Counted from the first letter of the stretch, positions 18,290 through 28,656 are shown. The stretch is DNA of 64,000 nt from an uncultured Planctomycetia bacterium (GCA_964431835.1 CAYSKO010000001.1:137743-201742); one strand, 5' to 3'. Numbers and translations: made by a program. The notes: generated by a model not told the origin, from the letters alone.

Positions 18290-20575
18290 ATGAAAAGAAA
18301 TTCAGCTCTTTTTCTCTGTCTGGTCGTCGGTCTCCTTCACGCCCAGCTCGCTTGGGCCGTCGATCCCCGCGAGCTTCTCCTGCGCAGCAAGAAACATTTC
18401 CTCCAACAGGAAGGTCCCCGCGGCGGAGGCGAGTCCCCGGATCAGCTCGTCGCGAAGGAGGGGTCGAAGCAGGAGCTCATGGACAAACAAAACGCGCTTA
18501 CCACGCTCGCGCCCGAGCCCATTCAGGTCCGCGCGTCGAACGAGCTGACGCAGGCCGCGGTCGCGCCACCTAAGCAGCTCGGCTGGTCGGGTGGCAGCAC
18601 GTACCCTACGATTTATTACGACCCCGTGATCCGCGGTCGCGCGTACGCGCTCTCGGACTCGTCCGGTTTTTACCGTTCCGACGACGGCGGCGCGAACTGG
18701 TACGCTTCCAACAAAGGCATCCATAACCTCACGATTTCGTCCCTTACGGTCGCGCAAACCGACCGCAACGTCCTGTATGCCGGTTCCAATTCGGGTATCC
18801 ACCGCTCGACCGACGGCGGACGCAACTGGACCTATTTCGCGAATACCTCGAACATCACGTTCCGCCGGCTCCAGAGCTACCGCGCGATCGCGCTCAGCCC
18901 GACGAACCACTGGACCGCGTACGCGGGTTCGGGCATGGGCCAGGTTTACGAGAAGCGAAGCGGACAGACGAATTGGACGCAGATGGGCAGCCTGCATCCA
19001 GGGGTCGCGGTCAGCGCCGTGCACGTGGCGCGCAACGGCCGCATTTTCGCGGGCTCGGCGAACGGGCTTTTCCTTTGGAACGCCACGAACAGCACGTGGC
19101 AGAAGATCGCACTCGAATCGAACGTCGGGGCGTTCGACGTCGTTTCTCTTTGGGAGAACAACGTCGAGACGATTTTCGTGACGAACGGGCTCAAGGTGGC
19201 GCGTACGACGGACACCGGCACGCCGGCCCAGTGGACCTACACGGCCGCGATGCCGCGTTACGACGCTTCCTCGGCGGGCGAGGCGAGCCGCTTGGCGGTG
19301 CGCCGCACGGCCAACGGGCAGCTTCAGATGTTCGTGGGCCAGAAACGCAGCTGGCAGGGCAAGGTTTACATGACGACCGACTCCGGCGCCACGTGGCGCA
19401 GCATGAACACCGGCTTCGTGAACGACCCGGCGCAGAATCCGACGCGTGTCTGGAAAAAGAACGCGGGCGTTCCGGTCTCAGTGTCGTTCGATCCGTTCAA
19501 CGCGAACACGCTTTATTTCTCGGACGATTGGGGAATCTGGAAATCCACCGACAACGGCGTGACGTGGCGTGAGAGCGTGAAGGGGACGCCGAACACGATC
19601 GGCACTTCGCTCGCGTTCGACCCGCGCACCGGCACTTACCTCGTTGGCACGATGGACAACGGCCTCGTCGAGGTGAATCCGACGACCGGCGCGACGAAGG
19701 CGGTTTTCCCGAACGCCTCCACGCCCGCGCATTACCACGGACACGTGTGGCGCGTCGAAGTGGCGGCGAACGGCAACCGCGTCCTCACGGTCTCTCCGTG
19801 GAACGCCGCTCAGAGTTACGTCGTCGTCATCAAACCGGACGGGACCACTTCGTTCGCGACCGGACTGCCGACGTGGTTCCCTAAAGTGAACACGGTTTGG
19901 GAGAAGGGCTATCCGCGCGGATTCGTGAAGGATCCCACGAACGGAAACCGCTTCTACCTCGCGATCGACGGCGACGACGGCGGCGGCCTGTGGGTTTCGA
20001 ACGACGCGGGGCTCAGCTGGTCGCGTCTGGGGAATCCGTCCTCGAAGAGAATCTACAACGGTCTCGCGGTCGATCCGTCCTCGCCGAACGTCCTCTATTG
20101 GGGGACGATGTGGGCGAAGGAGGCAGGCGGCATCTTCCGGTCGACAAACTCCGGCGCCACGTGGTCGAAAGTTTTTTCCGGGAATCCGAACATCGCGGAC
20201 ATCGTCGTCGGTCCGACCGGCGTCGTTTACGCGGGGGGCGAGGCGGCAGGCGTGGCGACGGTCTACGTTTCGAGGGACCGCGGAACGACGTGGAGCGTCT
20301 TAAAGACTTTTGCGGGCCAGACGGGCGGCCCGGCGCAGGGTCTCGCCATCGACCCCGCGAATCCTCAGCGGATGGTCGTCAGCCAGCGCAAATGGAACGA
20401 TTTCACGGGTTCGAAGATCTGGCTCACGGAGGACGGCGGAGTGAACTGGCGCGAAGTGGCTACGGCGACCCTTCCGAACACCGCCGGCCACGTCGAGGCG
20501 CAGTTTTCGGCCGACGGCAATTCGCTCTTCGCCCTTCTCAACAACGGCACGCTCTACCACGTGCCGCTGGTCTAA
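18290..20575 (+). CDS. Secreted BNR/Asp-box repeat protein, paralog 2 (same architecture as 9488-11761)
   Basis: Signal peptide and SDDGGANW, STDGGRNW, TTDSGATW, STDNGVTW repeats. Co-linear with paralog 1. Confidence 0.65.
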   Translation: MKRNSALFLCLVVGLLHAQLAWAVDPRELLLRSKKHFLQQEGPRGGGESPDQLVAKEGSKQELMDKQNALTTLAPEPIQVRASNELTQAAVAPPKQLGWSGGSTYPTIYYDPVIRGRAYALSDSSGFYRSDDGGANWYASNKGIHNLTISSLTVAQTDRNVLYAGSNSGIHRSTDGGRNWTYFANTSNITFRRLQSYRAIALSPTNHWTAYAGSGMGQVYEKRSGQTNWTQMGSLHPGVAVSAVHVARNGRIFAGSANGLFLWNATNSTWQKIALESNVGAFDVVSLWENNVETIFVTNGLKVARTTDTGTPAQWTYTAAMPRYDASSAGEASRLAVRRTANGQLQMFVGQKRSWQGKVYMTTDSGATWRSMNTGFVNDPAQNPTRVWKKNAGVPVSVSFDPFNANTLYFSDDWGIWKSTDNGVTWRESVKGTPNTIGTSLAFDPRTGTYLVGTMDNGLVEVNPTTGATKAVFPNASTPAHYHGHVWRVEVAANGNRVLTVSPWNAAQSYVVVIKPDGTTSFATGLPTWFPKVNTVWEKGYPRGFVKDPTNGNRFYLAIDGDDGGGLWVSNDAGLSWSRLGNPSSKRIYNGLAVDPSSPNVLYWGTMWAKEAGGIFRSTNSGATWSKVFSGNPNIADIVVGPTGVVYAGGEAAGVATVYVSRDRGTTWSVLKTFAGQTGGPAQGLAIDPANPQRMVVSQRKWNDFTGSKIWLTEDGGVNWREVATATLPNTAGHVEAQFSADGNSLFALLNNGTLYHVPLV

Positions 20576-20588
20576 AACCGATGCGCCC

Positions 20589-21470
20589 TTACCGGCGCCG
20601 CGGCGCCTCGAAAATTTCGAAGAACTCTTTCGGCGGGGGCGAATCGAATTCGAGGCGTCGGCGCGTGGAGGGATGGGTGAAGGATAAGCGGGTCGCGTGG
20701 AGCGCCATCCGACCGATCGGGTCCGTCTCCGCACCGTACTTATGGTCACCGGCGATCGGGCAGCCGAGGTCCGAAAGATGCACGCGGATCTGGTTCTTCC
20801 GCCCGGTTTCGAGCGCGAGCTCAAGCAGGGAATACTTGCCGTTCGTCTCGTGGACGCGGTAGCGGGTCGCCGACCATTTCGCTCCGCGCTCGCGGGCGGC
20901 CGCGCTGTAGACGCGCTTGAACGCGTCTTCCATGAGCCAGCTTTCGATCGTTCCTTCCGCTTCCTCCGGCGCGCCTTCGGCGACCGCCGCGTAGCGCTTC
21001 TCCGTCTTCTCCCAATTCTCCTCTAAATATTCTTTCGATTCCGGATCCTTCGCAAAGAGAAGCAGACCCGACGTGTCGCGGTCCAGGCGGTGAACGATGA
21101 ACGCCCGCTTGCCGCTTTTGGCTCTCAGATACGCGGTCAGCTCGAAGTAAAGCGTGTGCTCGCGCTCGCGGTCGGTCGCCGTTGTGAGGAGGCCGGCCGG
21201 TTTATCGACCACGACCACCGCGTCGTCCTCGTGCACGATCTGCCATTTCAAACGTGTTTTCATGCGCTCCGCCGCGGCGTCCCCTTCGGACAGGAAATCG
21301 ACGACGTCGCCCCGTTTCAGTTCGTGACGGTGAAGCGTCACGACGTCGCCGTTGACGCGCACGGAGCCGTGTTCGAGGAGCGCCTTGACCTGCGTGCGCT
21401 TGAGCGGAGAAAGCCGGTCCAGCAGATAGTCCAGGAGCTTGGAAGGCGCGTCGACGCGCAGTGGTTTCAT
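20589..21470 (-). CDS. RluA-family 23S rRNA pseudouridine synthase (S4 domain plus catalytic domain)
   Basis: HRLDRDTSGLLLFAKD catalytic Asp motif. Confidence 0.8.
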   Translation of the reverse strand: MKPLRVDAPSKLLDYLLDRLSPLKRTQVKALLEHGSVRVNGDVVTLHRHELKRGDVVDFLSEGDAAAERMKTRLKWQIVHEDDAVVVVDKPAGLLTTATDREREHTLYFELTAYLRAKSGKRAFIVHRLDRDTSGLLLFAKDPESKEYLEENWEKTEKRYAAVAEGAPEEAEGTIESWLMEDAFKRVYSAAARERGAKWSATRYRVHETNGKYSLLELALETGRKNQIRVHLSDLGCPIAGDHKYGAETDPIGRMALHATRLSFTHPSTRRRLEFDSPPPKEFFEIFEAPRRR

Positions 21471-21547
21471 GCCGCTTATTATAGGCCCTGCGAGGACGTT
21501 TGTGGTACAATACGCCGTTCGTTAAACCAGGCCAAGAAACGAGCCGG

Positions 21548-21988
21548 ATGCTGCAGCCCAATCCCAAACTGATTCTCGTTACCGAAGACGACGAAGACGA
21601 TTATATTCTTCTTCGAGACGCTTTCCAGGAACACCATCCCGACATCCAACTCGCCTGGACGCGCGACGGGGAAGAGACTCTCGCTTACCTCGCGAGAGTC
21701 GCCGACGACCCGGCCCAGTCCCTCCCGTTCATCATCATTCTCGATCTCAACATGCCGAAAGTCGACGGCCGCGAGGTTTTGAGGGAGATCCGCGCCACCG
21801 AACGCTTGAAACACATCCCGGTCGTCGTCTTCACGAATTCAGGCAACTGGCGGGACGCGATGGACGCCTACCGGCTCGGCGTGAACTCCTTCGTCCGTAA
21901 GCCCGCGGGCTACCGCGAACAGGTCGAATTCGTGCAGTGCTTCTACAAATACTGGTTTCATTTCTCGAAACTCGTGGCTCCCGTTTAA
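21548..21988 (+). CDS. Single-domain response regulator (receiver)
   Basis: KLILVTEDDEDD...LDLNMPKVDG...VVVFTNSG. The track start at 21500 overlaps the TGgTACAAT -10 box. Confidence 0.7.
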   Translation: MLQPNPKLILVTEDDEDDYILLRDAFQEHHPDIQLAWTRDGEETLAYLARVADDPAQSLPFIIILDLNMPKVDGREVLREIRATERLKHIPVVVFTNSGNWRDAMDAYRLGVNSFVRKPAGYREQVEFVQCFYKYWFHFSKLVAPV

Positions 21989-21989
21989 G

Positions 21990-22574
21990 ATGAAAAAGCG
22001 TCTTTCCTTTACGCTGGCCCTGTCCCTACTTTCAATCGTGGTCTCCGCGGCCGCAGTGGAACAGCCACGCGAATTCTCCGCTTCGATGTCCATGAAGGCC
22101 GTCGAAGGCGCGTACGAAGCACGGATATACGTCTCCGACAAGAAGACGCGCCTCGAGATGCCGCAGGCCACGATGATCGTGCGCATGGACCGCAACGTCT
22201 CCTACATGTTGATGCCCCAGGAGAAGATGTACATGGAACAGCCGGTCGATACGGGCACGGCCGCCCGCACCGGCGGCGAGATGCCCGGTGAGATCGAACG
22301 CCGTTCACTCGGCAAAGAAACCGTAAACGGCGTGGCCTCTGAAAAATTCCTTATCCGCTACGCCGCTCCGGGCGCGGGCGAGCAGTCGGTGTACCAATGG
22401 CTGGGCGAGCAGGGAATGCCGGTGAAGACCTCCGCGGTCGACGACACGTGGTCGGTCGAGTTCACGGACGTGAAGATCGGCCCTCAGTCCGAAGCGCTCT
22501 TTGAGCCGCCCTCGGACTACAAACGCTTCGAGATGCCGAACATGGCGGAGTTCATGAACTCCGCCGGGCAGTGA
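21990..22574 (+). CDS. Secreted protein (DUF4412/LolA-like fold suspected)
   Basis: Signal peptide. No catalytic motifs. Confidence 0.5.
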   Translation: MKKRLSFTLALSLLSIVVSAAAVEQPREFSASMSMKAVEGAYEARIYVSDKKTRLEMPQATMIVRMDRNVSYMLMPQEKMYMEQPVDTGTAARTGGEMPGEIERRSLGKETVNGVASEKFLIRYAAPGAGEQSVYQWLGEQGMPVKTSAVDDTWSVEFTDVKIGPQSEALFEPPSDYKRFEMPNMAEFMNSAGQ

Positions 22575-22587
22575 AGCGACTTTCCCG

Positions 22588-22645
22588 CATTAAAAAGGTT
22601 TAATCCAAATTTAATCGAAAGCTAACGGAAATACGCCTAGGATGA
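22588..22645 (+). promoter_or_regulatory. AT-rich phased TAATC-hexamer module (copy E)
   Basis: TTAAaaaggttTAATCCaaattTAATCGaaagcTAACGG. Confidence 0.35.
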
Positions 22646-22690
22646 AATCGGGTCGACTCGTTTACGGTCTCGAACCGCAAGGAGGCACCG

Positions 22691-23203
22691 ATGGATTTCC
22701 GACGCATTTCCCCCCACCGCAAGACCGAACGCCAGTTCTACGTTCTCGCCCTCAGTAAAAGCCACGTCCGTCTTTTCGCCTGCGACATGCACGGCTTCCG
22801 CGAAATGGAGCTGGGCGGCGCCGTGCCCGAAGGCATGTCCGAGGCGATGAAATACACGGACGCGGAGAAGCAGTCCCAGTCACACACGCTCTCGTCGCGC
22901 CCCGGCCAAAGCCCGCAGGGGATGGGACACGGCCACGGCGTCGGACGGGACGACGAAAAGATGCGCGCGGAGGAGTATTTCCGTGAAGTCTCCGCCGGCG
23001 TGGCCGACATCCTGCGGGGCGACCGCTCGCCGATGGTCCTTGCGGCGGTGGAATACCTGGTTCCGATTTACCGGAAAGTGAACCGTTATGCGCACCTCCT
23101 GGACGAATTGATCCACGGGTCTCCGGACCGTCTTTCGGGGCGGGAACTTCACACGAAAGCGGTCGAGCTCATGAGGCACCAGATTATGAAAGACCGCTTT
23201 TAG
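22691..23203 (+). CDS. Hypothetical protein (170 aa)
   Basis: SD AAGGAGG. Gly/His-rich internal stretch GMGHGHGVG. Confidence 0.45.
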   Translation: MDFRRISPHRKTERQFYVLALSKSHVRLFACDMHGFREMELGGAVPEGMSEAMKYTDAEKQSQSHTLSSRPGQSPQGMGHGHGVGRDDEKMRAEEYFREVSAGVADILRGDRSPMVLAAVEYLVPIYRKVNRYAHLLDELIHGSPDRLSGRELHTKAVELMRHQIMKDRF

Positions 23204-23258
23204 GATCGTCCTTGCGCTTTCGGCCCTCCGGCGCCTACAATCGGCGTCGGAGGGCCGT

Positions 23259-24545
23259 ATGAAGAAGGACGCGTTCGCACTCGTTTTCGCCGACGACAAG
23301 GGGAAGGTCTACGATTTTCCGGGCCTCGAAGCCACCGGCATGAAAGCGGGCCGATTTTTCGAGCTGAACGCGGCCACGCTCGTGCCGCTCCCGGAATCGA
23401 GCGAGCTTTTCCTTCTGCCGGGCCGTCTTCCGGTGGGCCGCGATCCCGAAACGGGCGCCTTCCGTACGCTCGAAGGCGATCCTTACTCCGCTGGATCCCC
23501 CTGTTCGGCGGTGGCCGCGTTCATCCCGCCCGGCTGGACTCTCGCGCACAGCGCGGCGTTCGCGGAAGTTCCGGGCGCCAAAGCGCTACCGCTCTTCGCA
23601 TACGGCGCCGTCGCGTTCCGTGACGGTCGTTTCTGGGTGTCCGCGGTGCGCGTGGACGAAGACGCCCGTCATGACGAGCGTCTGATTGATCCCTCCGCGG
23701 TGGCAAGCGGCATCGCGGGCCTCCGCGCGCTCTTTCCGAAAAACCGCCTCGTGCCTCATCTTGAGAACTGCGCGACCGTCAACGCCTGTGCGAACGCGAA
23801 GAATTTCTTCCTCGGCCGCTTCGAGGCTCCCGTGCCCACGTCTCCCGTCTGCAACGCCCAGTGCCAGGGGTGTATCTCTCTCCAGCCCGACGGCCGCGAT
23901 TTCCCCGCCACGCAGAAAAGAATTTCGTTCGTTCCCGATCCGGAGGAAATAGCCGAGCTCGCGCTCTTTCATATCGACCGCGAGTCCGCGCCGATCGTCA
24001 GCTTCGGCCAGGGATGCGAAGGGGAGCCGACGCTGGCGGCGGACACCATCGAGAAGGCGATCCGCCTCATCCGCCGCCGCACGTCGAAAGGCGCGATCAA
24101 CGTCAACACCAACGCCAGCCGCCCGGAGGCGCTCGCGCGCCTTTTCGACGCGGGCCTCACGAATGTTCGTGTGAGTCTGAACAGTGTGCGCGAGCCGTAC
24201 TACTCCCGCTACTACCAGCCGCGCGGTTACGACGTGACGCGGGTGGCTGAATCGGTGCGCGTGGCCAAGCGCGCCGGCGGTTTTGTGTCGCTCAATTACC
24301 TTTCGATGCCCGGCTTCACGGATTCGAAGCCCGAACACGAAGCGTTCCGCCGTTTCGTCGGGGAAAACGGCGTCGACATGGTGCAGTGGCGCAACCTGAA
24401 CTACGACCCCGTCCGCTATTTCCGTGAGCTCGGCCTCGAGGGCGCCGACGAAGAGCTTATCGGCGTTCCGGAGGCGCTCGAAAGCCTCCGCGACGCATTC
24501 CCGCATCTGCGCATGGGCTATTTCAATCCGGTTAAAAAAAATTAA
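23259..24545 (+). CDS. Radical SAM protein with ~190-aa N-terminal domain and atypical CNAQCQGC cluster
   Basis: CxxxCxxC at about aa 200, followed by a TIM-barrel-like region. Confidence 0.6.
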   Translation: MKKDAFALVFADDKGKVYDFPGLEATGMKAGRFFELNAATLVPLPESSELFLLPGRLPVGRDPETGAFRTLEGDPYSAGSPCSAVAAFIPPGWTLAHSAAFAEVPGAKALPLFAYGAVAFRDGRFWVSAVRVDEDARHDERLIDPSAVASGIAGLRALFPKNRLVPHLENCATVNACANAKNFFLGRFEAPVPTSPVCNAQCQGCISLQPDGRDFPATQKRISFVPDPEEIAELALFHIDRESAPIVSFGQGCEGEPTLAADTIEKAIRLIRRRTSKGAINVNTNASRPEALARLFDAGLTNVRVSLNSVREPYYSRYYQPRGYDVTRVAESVRVAKRAGGFVSLNYLSMPGFTDSKPEHEAFRRFVGENGVDMVQWRNLNYDPVRYFRELGLEGADEELIGVPEALESLRDAFPHLRMGYFNPVKKN

Positions 24546-24608
24546 TACGGCTTGAACGGCGCGAAACCTGCTGGCAAATCGCCGCGCGGTGCCCTACAAT
24601 AAGGGCGC

Positions 24609-26624
24609 ATGAACGATTCGAGCGACAAACGCTCCATGAGTTCCGTCCGGCGCCGCCCGCTGCGCGAGATCGCACCCGCGATCCTCGCGCTCCTCCTCTC
24701 TTTTTCCGCCGCGGTCTATCTCTGGGACACCGGCCGCAGCAACGCCGAGCGGCAGGTGCGCGAACGCTTCGAAACCCAGGTCAAGCAGATCGCGTTTCTC
24801 ATACTCCGCCGGTTCGAACTGTACGCGTATTCGTTGTACGGGACTCAAGGGCTCTTCGCCGCTGACGCCGACGGCGTCGATGCCGGCGAATGGGAAGCGT
24901 TCACGCGCACGGAGGATCTGCGCCGCCGGTATCCCGGCCTGACGGCGGTGCGCTACGCGGAAACCGCGGACGGAAAGATTTGGATCGTAAAATACGCGGA
25001 CCCCACGACGCTCGCGGGTTCGGCGCCGCCGCCGCGCGCGCTCGATGCGCTCGACCGCGCCGCCGCCGAAGGCCGTCCGGCCGCTTCGCGTCCGGTGCTG
25101 GAAGACGGCGACCAGGCGATCTCGCTCGTCCTGCCGGTATACGCCGCCGCCACCGAAACCGGCGCCGCTCCCAAAGGTTTCGTCGAGGCGGCGCTCCGTC
25201 TGCGGGAGCTGCTCCAAGCCACTTTCCTCGGAGTGGGCATGTCGCCCGATTTACGCCTCCGGATCCACGACGGTCCGCCCGATCCCGTGAATCTCGTGTA
25301 CGACACGCACGCCGGAAAAGCAACCGAGCCGCTGGGCGAGCGCTTCACGGCGGTGATCCCGATGGAGGTCGCCGGCCGTCCGTGGACGCTCGAATTCGCG
25401 GCGCTGAACGCGTATTTTCCGGCCGCCGAACGGCGTCTGCCTCTTTTTTACCTGGCAGGTGGGATGCTCATCGGAATTCTGTTCTCCGGAATCGTCTGGG
25501 CACTTTCGACTTCGCGGTCGAAGGCGGTCGCTTTCGCCGAACGGATGACCGAGGATTTGACGCGCGAGATCGCCGAACGCCGCCTCGCCGACGAACGCCT
25601 GCAGAAAGTGGTCGTCGATCTCGAGCGGAGGAACCGGGAGCAGTCACTTCTAGGAGAGCTCGGAGAGCTTCTCCAGAGCGCTTCCCGTCCGGAAGAGGCG
25701 TATCCGATCATCGGGCGCTTTGCGGCCGAGCTTTTCCCTGGCACGAAAGGAACATTGCACCTCATGAACTCCTCGAGGAGCCTCGTCGAAAACGTCACCC
25801 AGTGGGGAGACGCATTGCGCGCAGAACGCGTATTCGGCCCGGAGGACTGCTGGGCGCTCAAGCGCGGCCGAATGCATGCTTCCACGCCGGGGGACGCGGA
25901 ACCCGTCTGCAGGCACCTGGGTACGAATCCGCCGGAGAACGGCTATCTCTGCGTTCCGATGATGGCGCACGGGGAAGGGTTGGGAATCCTATACGTGGAG
26001 CTTCTTCCCGCGGCGCTCCGCCGCGATGTTCCGCCGCCGCGACCGGAGATCGCGGTCGCCGTGGCCGAGCAGTCCGCGCTCGCACTCGCGAACCTGCGTC
26101 TTCGCGAAGCGCTGCGCAACCAGTCGATCCGCGACAAGGTGACCGGCCTTTTCAACCGCCATTACATGGAAGAATCTCTCGAGCGCGAACTCGCGCGCGT
26201 CACGCGCGGGAAGGAGCCGCTCGGCATCCTTCTACTGGACATCGATTATTTCAAGAAATTCAACGACCTCTACGGCCACGACGTGGGGGACGAGCTTCTC
26301 TCGGCGGTGGGTAAATTCCTTTCGGGTCGTTTCCGTGGTTCGGATATCCCGTGCCGTTTCGGCGGCGAAGAGTTCGTCGTGATCCTGCCCGGGGCGACGG
26401 TCGCCGAAGCCACCGTGATCGCCGAGGCGGTGCGCGCCGGCGCGACGTCCGTGAAAGTGCATGCCGGGGACCGCATCGAAGGCGTCACTTTCTCCATCGG
26501 CGTATCCGCGTTTCCTGAACACGGGACGGCGGCGGAAACGCTCCTCAAGAGCGCCGATATGGCGCTCTATCAAGCCAAACACGACGGCCGCGACCGCGTA
26601 CGCATCGGCCAGCCCGTCGTATAA
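24609..26624 (+). CDS. Sensor diguanylate cyclase (CHASE-TM-GAF-GGDEF)
   Basis: CHASE-like periplasmic N-terminus, TM helices, GAF, and an RFGGEEF active site. Confidence 0.8.
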   Translation: MNDSSDKRSMSSVRRRPLREIAPAILALLLSFSAAVYLWDTGRSNAERQVRERFETQVKQIAFLILRRFELYAYSLYGTQGLFAADADGVDAGEWEAFTRTEDLRRRYPGLTAVRYAETADGKIWIVKYADPTTLAGSAPPPRALDALDRAAAEGRPAASRPVLEDGDQAISLVLPVYAAATETGAAPKGFVEAALRLRELLQATFLGVGMSPDLRLRIHDGPPDPVNLVYDTHAGKATEPLGERFTAVIPMEVAGRPWTLEFAALNAYFPAAERRLPLFYLAGGMLIGILFSGIVWALSTSRSKAVAFAERMTEDLTREIAERRLADERLQKVVVDLERRNREQSLLGELGELLQSASRPEEAYPIIGRFAAELFPGTKGTLHLMNSSRSLVENVTQWGDALRAERVFGPEDCWALKRGRMHASTPGDAEPVCRHLGTNPPENGYLCVPMMAHGEGLGILYVELLPAALRRDVPPPRPEIAVAVAEQSALALANLRLREALRNQSIRDKVTGLFNRHYMEESLERELARVTRGKEPLGILLLDIDYFKKFNDLYGHDVGDELLSAVGKFLSGRFRGSDIPCRFGGEEFVVILPGATVAEATVIAEAVRAGATSVKVHAGDRIEGVTFSIGVSAFPEHGTAAETLLKSADMALYQAKHDGRDRVRIGQPVV

Positions 26625-26693
26625 TCCGTTAGAAAAAATTAATATTTTTCTAACTCCTCGCTAATCCGCGGACGCTTAGAATCAATTCATAGT
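26625..26693 (+). promoter_or_regulatory. AT-rich phased hexamer module (copy F)
   Basis: TAATCCgTTAGAAaaaatTAATATttttcTAACTCctcgcTAATCC ... CATAGT. Confidence 0.35.
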
Positions 26694-26729
26694 CCGGTGG
26701 AGCCCTTAAAAAACAAAGCGAGGTCCCGA

Positions 26730-27101
26730 ATGCAAGCCCTTCATTCCGCGAACGCGCTCATGCGACGCTGCATCGCCAATTGTCTAAACGGGCACCAGAT
26801 ATGCCTCGAGACCGTAGATTATCTCCTTCAAAGGGGGGTTCGCCGGGGAGACGCAGCTTTTCTCAAGCTTTTGGAGGATTGCGCAGAAATTTGCGAGTTG
26901 AACGCGGATTTCCTGAGCCGCGACTCCGTGCTCCGGCGCGAGACAAGCGCTCTTTGCGCAAAGGTGTGCGCCGAAGTGGCCGCGGAATGCGACCGCGCCC
27001 AGGACGGGCAAATTCGTGCGCTCGCGGACGCCTGCCGGAGCTGCGTCGACTCGTGTCACGAGATGGCCGAGGCGACCGCGGACGAAACCGTGAACGCCTA
27101 G
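26730..27101 (+). CDS. Four-helix-bundle cysteine-rich metal-binding protein (DUF326-like)
   Basis: Repeated CxxxC pairs on predicted helices. Confidence 0.6.
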   Translation: MQALHSANALMRRCIANCLNGHQICLETVDYLLQRGVRRGDAAFLKLLEDCAEICELNADFLSRDSVLRRETSALCAKVCAEVAAECDRAQDGQIRALADACRSCVDSCHEMAEATADETVNA

Positions 27102-28060
27102 CGGTAGATGGCGCCGGCGAAAGAAACGACGCCGCCGCGCGGATCGTCAGCTTGGCCGTAAGCCAGAAGTTCCGCTTTTGCCTCGGGGGCCATGTCCTTC
27201 AAGAGTCGTACGGCTGTATAAACGGCCGAAAGGCCGCAGACTTTCCTCCAGCCGCCGCCCTTGATCGTCGAGAGGTAAAACGCGTCGGCGTTTCCGCCCA
27301 ACGCGTGCGTGATCGACACACGGTCTTCCTGTTCGATTTTTTTCCGCGTCGCGGCGTCCGGCGCGCGCTCGTCCCCAAAGCAAAGACCCACGTGCGCGAA
27401 ATCCACCCCTCCCAATACGAGCACCTTCTTTCCCGAATCCCGAAGGCGTTTCAGGATCTTCCCGGTCTTCACGAGCGTTCGTTCCAGTAGGCGCACGCGC
27501 GAGGGTGCCCGGCCGCCTCCGTAAGCCTCGAACGAGGAGCAGAGGATGGGAACCCACGGCGGCGTGCGCTCGCCCCAAAGATGGCGCAGCCACACGGCCT
27601 GAAATTCGAGCGAATGCTCCTCGAGGTGCGTCCATTCGTCGGCGAGCGGGTCGTAATCGAGGCCGGAGACGAGTTCTTCGTAGAGCGGCTCGTCGAGCGC
27701 GAGGTCGCCGAGCGGTGTGCGGTACGTTTTTCTGGAAAATGCCCAAGGAGAGGGCGGCGAAACGTGGGCGACGCCCAGCGCGACGATCGTGTCGGGCGGC
27801 GGGCATTCGGCCAGCGCGCGGTAGGCGTGCGCGTACGCGGTCCCGCCCCGGACGAAATCGATGTGCGGCGCCAAAAGACCGAGCGCCGGTTCGGGCCGGG
27901 ACGGCCGAGCGGGCAAGGGCGATCCGGGCCCGTCGGGATGAAGCAAGAATTTCGTAAGGAATGGGACGAGCGCGCGTTCGGCCGCGGGGTAACATGCATC
28001 CGCAAGCGCCGGCTCTCGGACGTCGGAACGACGGCTGGGCGGGCGGGAAGGTGCTTCCAT
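27098..28060 (-). CDS. MEMO1/AmmeMemoRadiSam system protein B family
   Basis: YPAAERAL...LLAPHIDFVRGG...VLGGVDFAHVG pattern. Confidence 0.65.
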   Translation of the reverse strand: MEAPSRPPSRRSDVREPALADACYPAAERALVPFLTKFLLHPDGPGSPLPARPSRPEPALGLLAPHIDFVRGGTAYAHAYRALAECPPPDTIVALGVAHVSPPSPWAFSRKTYRTPLGDLALDEPLYEELVSGLDYDPLADEWTHLEEHSLEFQAVWLRHLWGERTPPWVPILCSSFEAYGGGRAPSRVRLLERTLVKTGKILKRLRDSGKKVLVLGGVDFAHVGLCFGDERAPDAATRKKIEQEDRVSITHALGGNADAFYLSTIKGGGWRKVCGLSAVYTAVRLLKDMAPEAKAELLAYGQADDPRGGVVSFAGAIYR

Positions 28061-28113
28061 GCGGTTATTTTAACATGAAACGCGGAGTCTGATCGGCTAC
28101 AATACCGCACGAG

Positions 28114-28656
28114 ATGAACATCATCGTTCCCCCGGGAAAAAAAAGACGCTGGCCGTACGCGGCCCTAGCGGCGCTCCTTTTGGCAGCGGCCGCGGCCGGA
28201 GGCGTGTGGGTAGGTAGACGTGCGTCCATCCCTTCCTCGTCCGCCGCCGCCGCGGACAACGAGACGGCCGCGGAAAAAAGTCTCCGCTCGCGCGTTGAGA
28301 CGTTCGAAAACGAACTTCGGAGCCTCGGGGACGCCCTGCGCATGGCCGAAGAGTTCGGCGACAGGTCCAAATACATGGAAATCGTTTCCGTCTCCGCCGC
28401 CAAGCACGTCGAGGCGGACGAGGCCTGGCGGAAGTGGCAGGCGGAAAAACACGGGCTCCGCGACGGGCTCGAGGACGGGATCTTCGAGACCTGGATGAAG
28501 CGTTTCACCGCCGAAGACAAATTCCGCATGCTTTCCGAACGTCACGGACTTTCCGTGGACGCGCTTAAAGTCCTGAAAGGGGAGTTTGAAGTCCTTTTCG
28601 CCGAGGAAATGGCGGAAAAGTTCGCGGCTCCCGAAGAAACGGAGGCCGCCGCGTGA
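28114..28656 (+). CDS. Membrane-anchored hypothetical protein
   Basis: N-terminal TM helix, otherwise charged and helical. Confidence 0.4.
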   Translation: MNIIVPPGKKRRWPYAALAALLLAAAAAGGVWVGRRASIPSSSAAAADNETAAEKSLRSRVETFENELRSLGDALRMAEEFGDRSKYMEIVSVSAAKHVEADEAWRKWQAEKHGLRDGLEDGIFETWMKRFTAEDKFRMLSERHGLSVDALKVLKGEFEVLFAEEMAEKFAAPEETEAAA

